Assembly (NCBI RefSeq): GCF_003231495.1
Contig: NZ_PQWO01000013.1
Coordinates: 1-32,000, forward strand
Length of the DNA: 32,000 nucleotides
From: Acaryochloris thomasi RCC1774
GTDB taxonomy: Bacteria > Cyanobacteriota > Cyanobacteriia > Thermosynechococcales > Thermosynechococcaceae
Direction: 5' to 3'
Position numbers and translations under genes: made by a program. Positions 30,620 through 32,000 of this stretch are shown in pieces (position 1 is the stretch's first letter; every line of letters begins with the position of its first letter). The notes beneath the pieces were generated by a model, which worked only from the letters and a program-made list of their open reading frames with translations, was not told where the DNA came from and did no database searches.

Positions 30620-32000
30620 CTATTCTTCAGATTGGCTGCGTCGCCCTAAATCTTGCCAAGTGCTGCCCACGCCCTGCAAAATGCCGCGACCAATCAGTCC
30701 TAAACCACGCCCCACAACCTGAGTTAAGACGTATACAACACCTCGGCCTACAACGGTGAAGGTGGCCTGCAGAGGAGGTGCGATCGCATCTCTCGTCTCC
30801 AGCGCCAGAGTCACTATAAACGGCAGTCCCGAAAGCTTCTGCAGTTCTGCATCACGGGTCGCATAGATTTCCGCTTTTCTTAGCCCCGTCTCTCCCAACA
30901 CAATTAGCGGGAACTGACTTTCAAACATATTCTTCGGTTCATACACCATCCGCCGCAGCCGATACTTCCAGGACAGCGCATTGCGGAACCGCTCAATGTC
31001 GCGGGTCGATAAAAGTCGTCGATCATAAAAGCGCTGCTTAATCACCTCAGTGGTGGCAAAGTGATTGAGCAGCGGCTGCATCACTGCATTGGCAAGCTGC
31101 ACCAGCAGATTTTCTAGCAAAGCCTGGGCCTGGAACATCGCTTCAGGCGACCCCACCGCACAGGGACCGTTATTGACCAGCAAAGGGATCTGAAACAGCA
31201 GGTGGTTCAGTAGCTCCGTCACCTGAGGAATCGGGTCCAAAATCTCGCGGATCACCAGCTCCCGATCTTCGAGTAGGGTACTCACCATTTCCACCTCTGC
31301 CGCATCGGCCTGAGGTAAAGTCAAATACTTGCCAAAGTAATCCGTAATTGTGGCCTGCCAGAGATCGATTAGAAGATGCGATCTCTTCTCTAGTAGCTGT
31401 ACTTGGGACACCTGCGAAAACCTAAGGTCATCGAGCAGATCCTCAAACCGCTTCAAAATCAGCACAAACAGCTCTTGTTTCTTTGGCCGATTGAGAATAT
31501 CAATCTCTAACGGATCTCGGGTTTGATTCTCCAGGCTCGTAGATAGCTTGGCAAAAACGCCATCCAGAAGCAGGGTCTTGATCGTATCGAATTGCGGATT
31601 CGGCAAAGCGTTAAGATCACGACGCGCGAGGGGCGCATCACTCTTCGGCGACACCGGAGACTTCACCGTCGGCGGAGGCTGCTGCGGCTTAGCCACCGGA
31701 AGGCGACGAACCACCCACTGAGCCGCCCGCACTTCCCGTTCACGTCCGGTCAGAACCTGGCGCTCTAACCAAGACAAATTTGGGTTGCGAAGCTGATTTT
31801 CAAGATCTGTGAGGCGGGTCGATATTTGCTTTAAGCCAGAGGTGCGAGCAGACTGTCGAAGACTGGCAAAGGCACTCCAGCGCTTTTTCTCAGCCGGAGT
31901 CGGGGCAGAAACCATCGCCAACTGAGCGATCGCACTCGGCTCCCAACTTGTCTCTCCGGTCAGAATTGCTTGCATAACCTCCACTAGCTTTTCCAAGGGC
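30620..32000 (-). CDS. Conserved hypothetical protein, 5'-incomplete at the window edge (possibly DUF3685-type)
   Basis: The ORF is open to the right edge, with a candidate internal ATG at 31975. It has a helical region LENLLVQLANAVMQPLLNHF and a Gly/Arg-rich tail VVGRGVVYVLTQVVGRGLGLIGRGILQGVG. The DUF3685 assignment is from memory and is not verified. Confidence 0.5.
   Translation of the reverse strand, partial: PLEKLVEVMQAILTGETSWEPSAIAQLAMVSAPTPAEKKRWSAFASLRQSARTSGLKQISTRLTDLENQLRNPNLSWLERQVLTGREREVRAAQWVVRRLPVAKPQQPPPTVKSPVSPKSDAPLARRDLNALPNPQFDTIKTLLLDGVFAKLSTSLENQTRDPLEIDILNRPKKQELFVLILKRFEDLLDDLRFSQVSQVQLLEKRSHLLIDLWQATITDYFGKYLTLPQADAAEVEMVSTLLEDRELVIREILDPIPQVTELLNHLLFQIPLLVNNGPCAVGSPEAMFQAQALLENLLVQLANAVMQPLLNHFATTEVIKQRFYDRRLLSTRDIERFRNALSWKYRLRRMVYEPKNMFESQFPLIVLGETGLRKAEIYATRDAELQKLSGLPFIVTLALETRDAIAPPLQATFTVVGRGVVYVLTQVVGRGLGLIGRGILQGVGSTWQDLGRRSQSEE

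Overview
This is a cyanobacterial chromosomal segment. By eye I count about 29 copies of the HIP1 octamer GCGATCGC in 32 kb, and there is a phycobilisome linker gene. About 27 credible protein genes are present. I saw no rRNA, tRNA or CRISPR array.

Gene order, left to right:
- The 3' stub of an IS1-family transposase at the window edge.
- A Zn-dependent alcohol dehydrogenase, divergent from 4-hydroxyphenylpyruvate dioxygenase.
- An AT-rich orphan stretch (about 2.4-3.8 kb) with a small secreted protein, a MITE-like nested palindrome and an orphan ORF.
- A 12.4 kb block (3795-16194) that I read as a gamma-glutamylation-dependent amine/amino-alcohol uptake and catabolism locus. It holds two glutamine-synthetase-like ligases, a class-I amidotransferase-fold hydrolase candidate, an Fe-alcohol dehydrogenase, an aldehyde dehydrogenase, a NitT/TauT-type ABC importer, an MmyB-like regulator, a TIM-barrel enzyme and a small membrane protein. 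A CpcG/CpcL-type phycobilisome rod linker gene sits unexpectedly inside the transporter/ligase gene string.
- A convergent, overlapping pair of Uma2-family endonuclease genes.
- A translationally coupled GT4 glycosyltransferase and 2OG-Fe(II) oxygenase.
- A signalling and envelope neighbourhood: a biliverdin-type bacteriophytochrome with an HWE kinase and receiver, a tail-anchored small-GTPase-like protein, a stand-alone fatty-acyl-AMP ligase, an 830-860 aa membrane protein with about ten 29-residue repeats plus eight TPRs, and a CHASE-GGDEF cyclase.
- A NADAR/YbiA protein and a partial conserved hypothetical at the right edge.

The best candidates for something new are the gamma-glutamyl locus with its embedded cpcL, the tail-anchored GTPase-like protein and the 29-residue-repeat/TPR protein.

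All functional calls rest on motif recognition from the translations and on recalled family knowledge. No database search or computation was possible, and start codons are often ambiguous.
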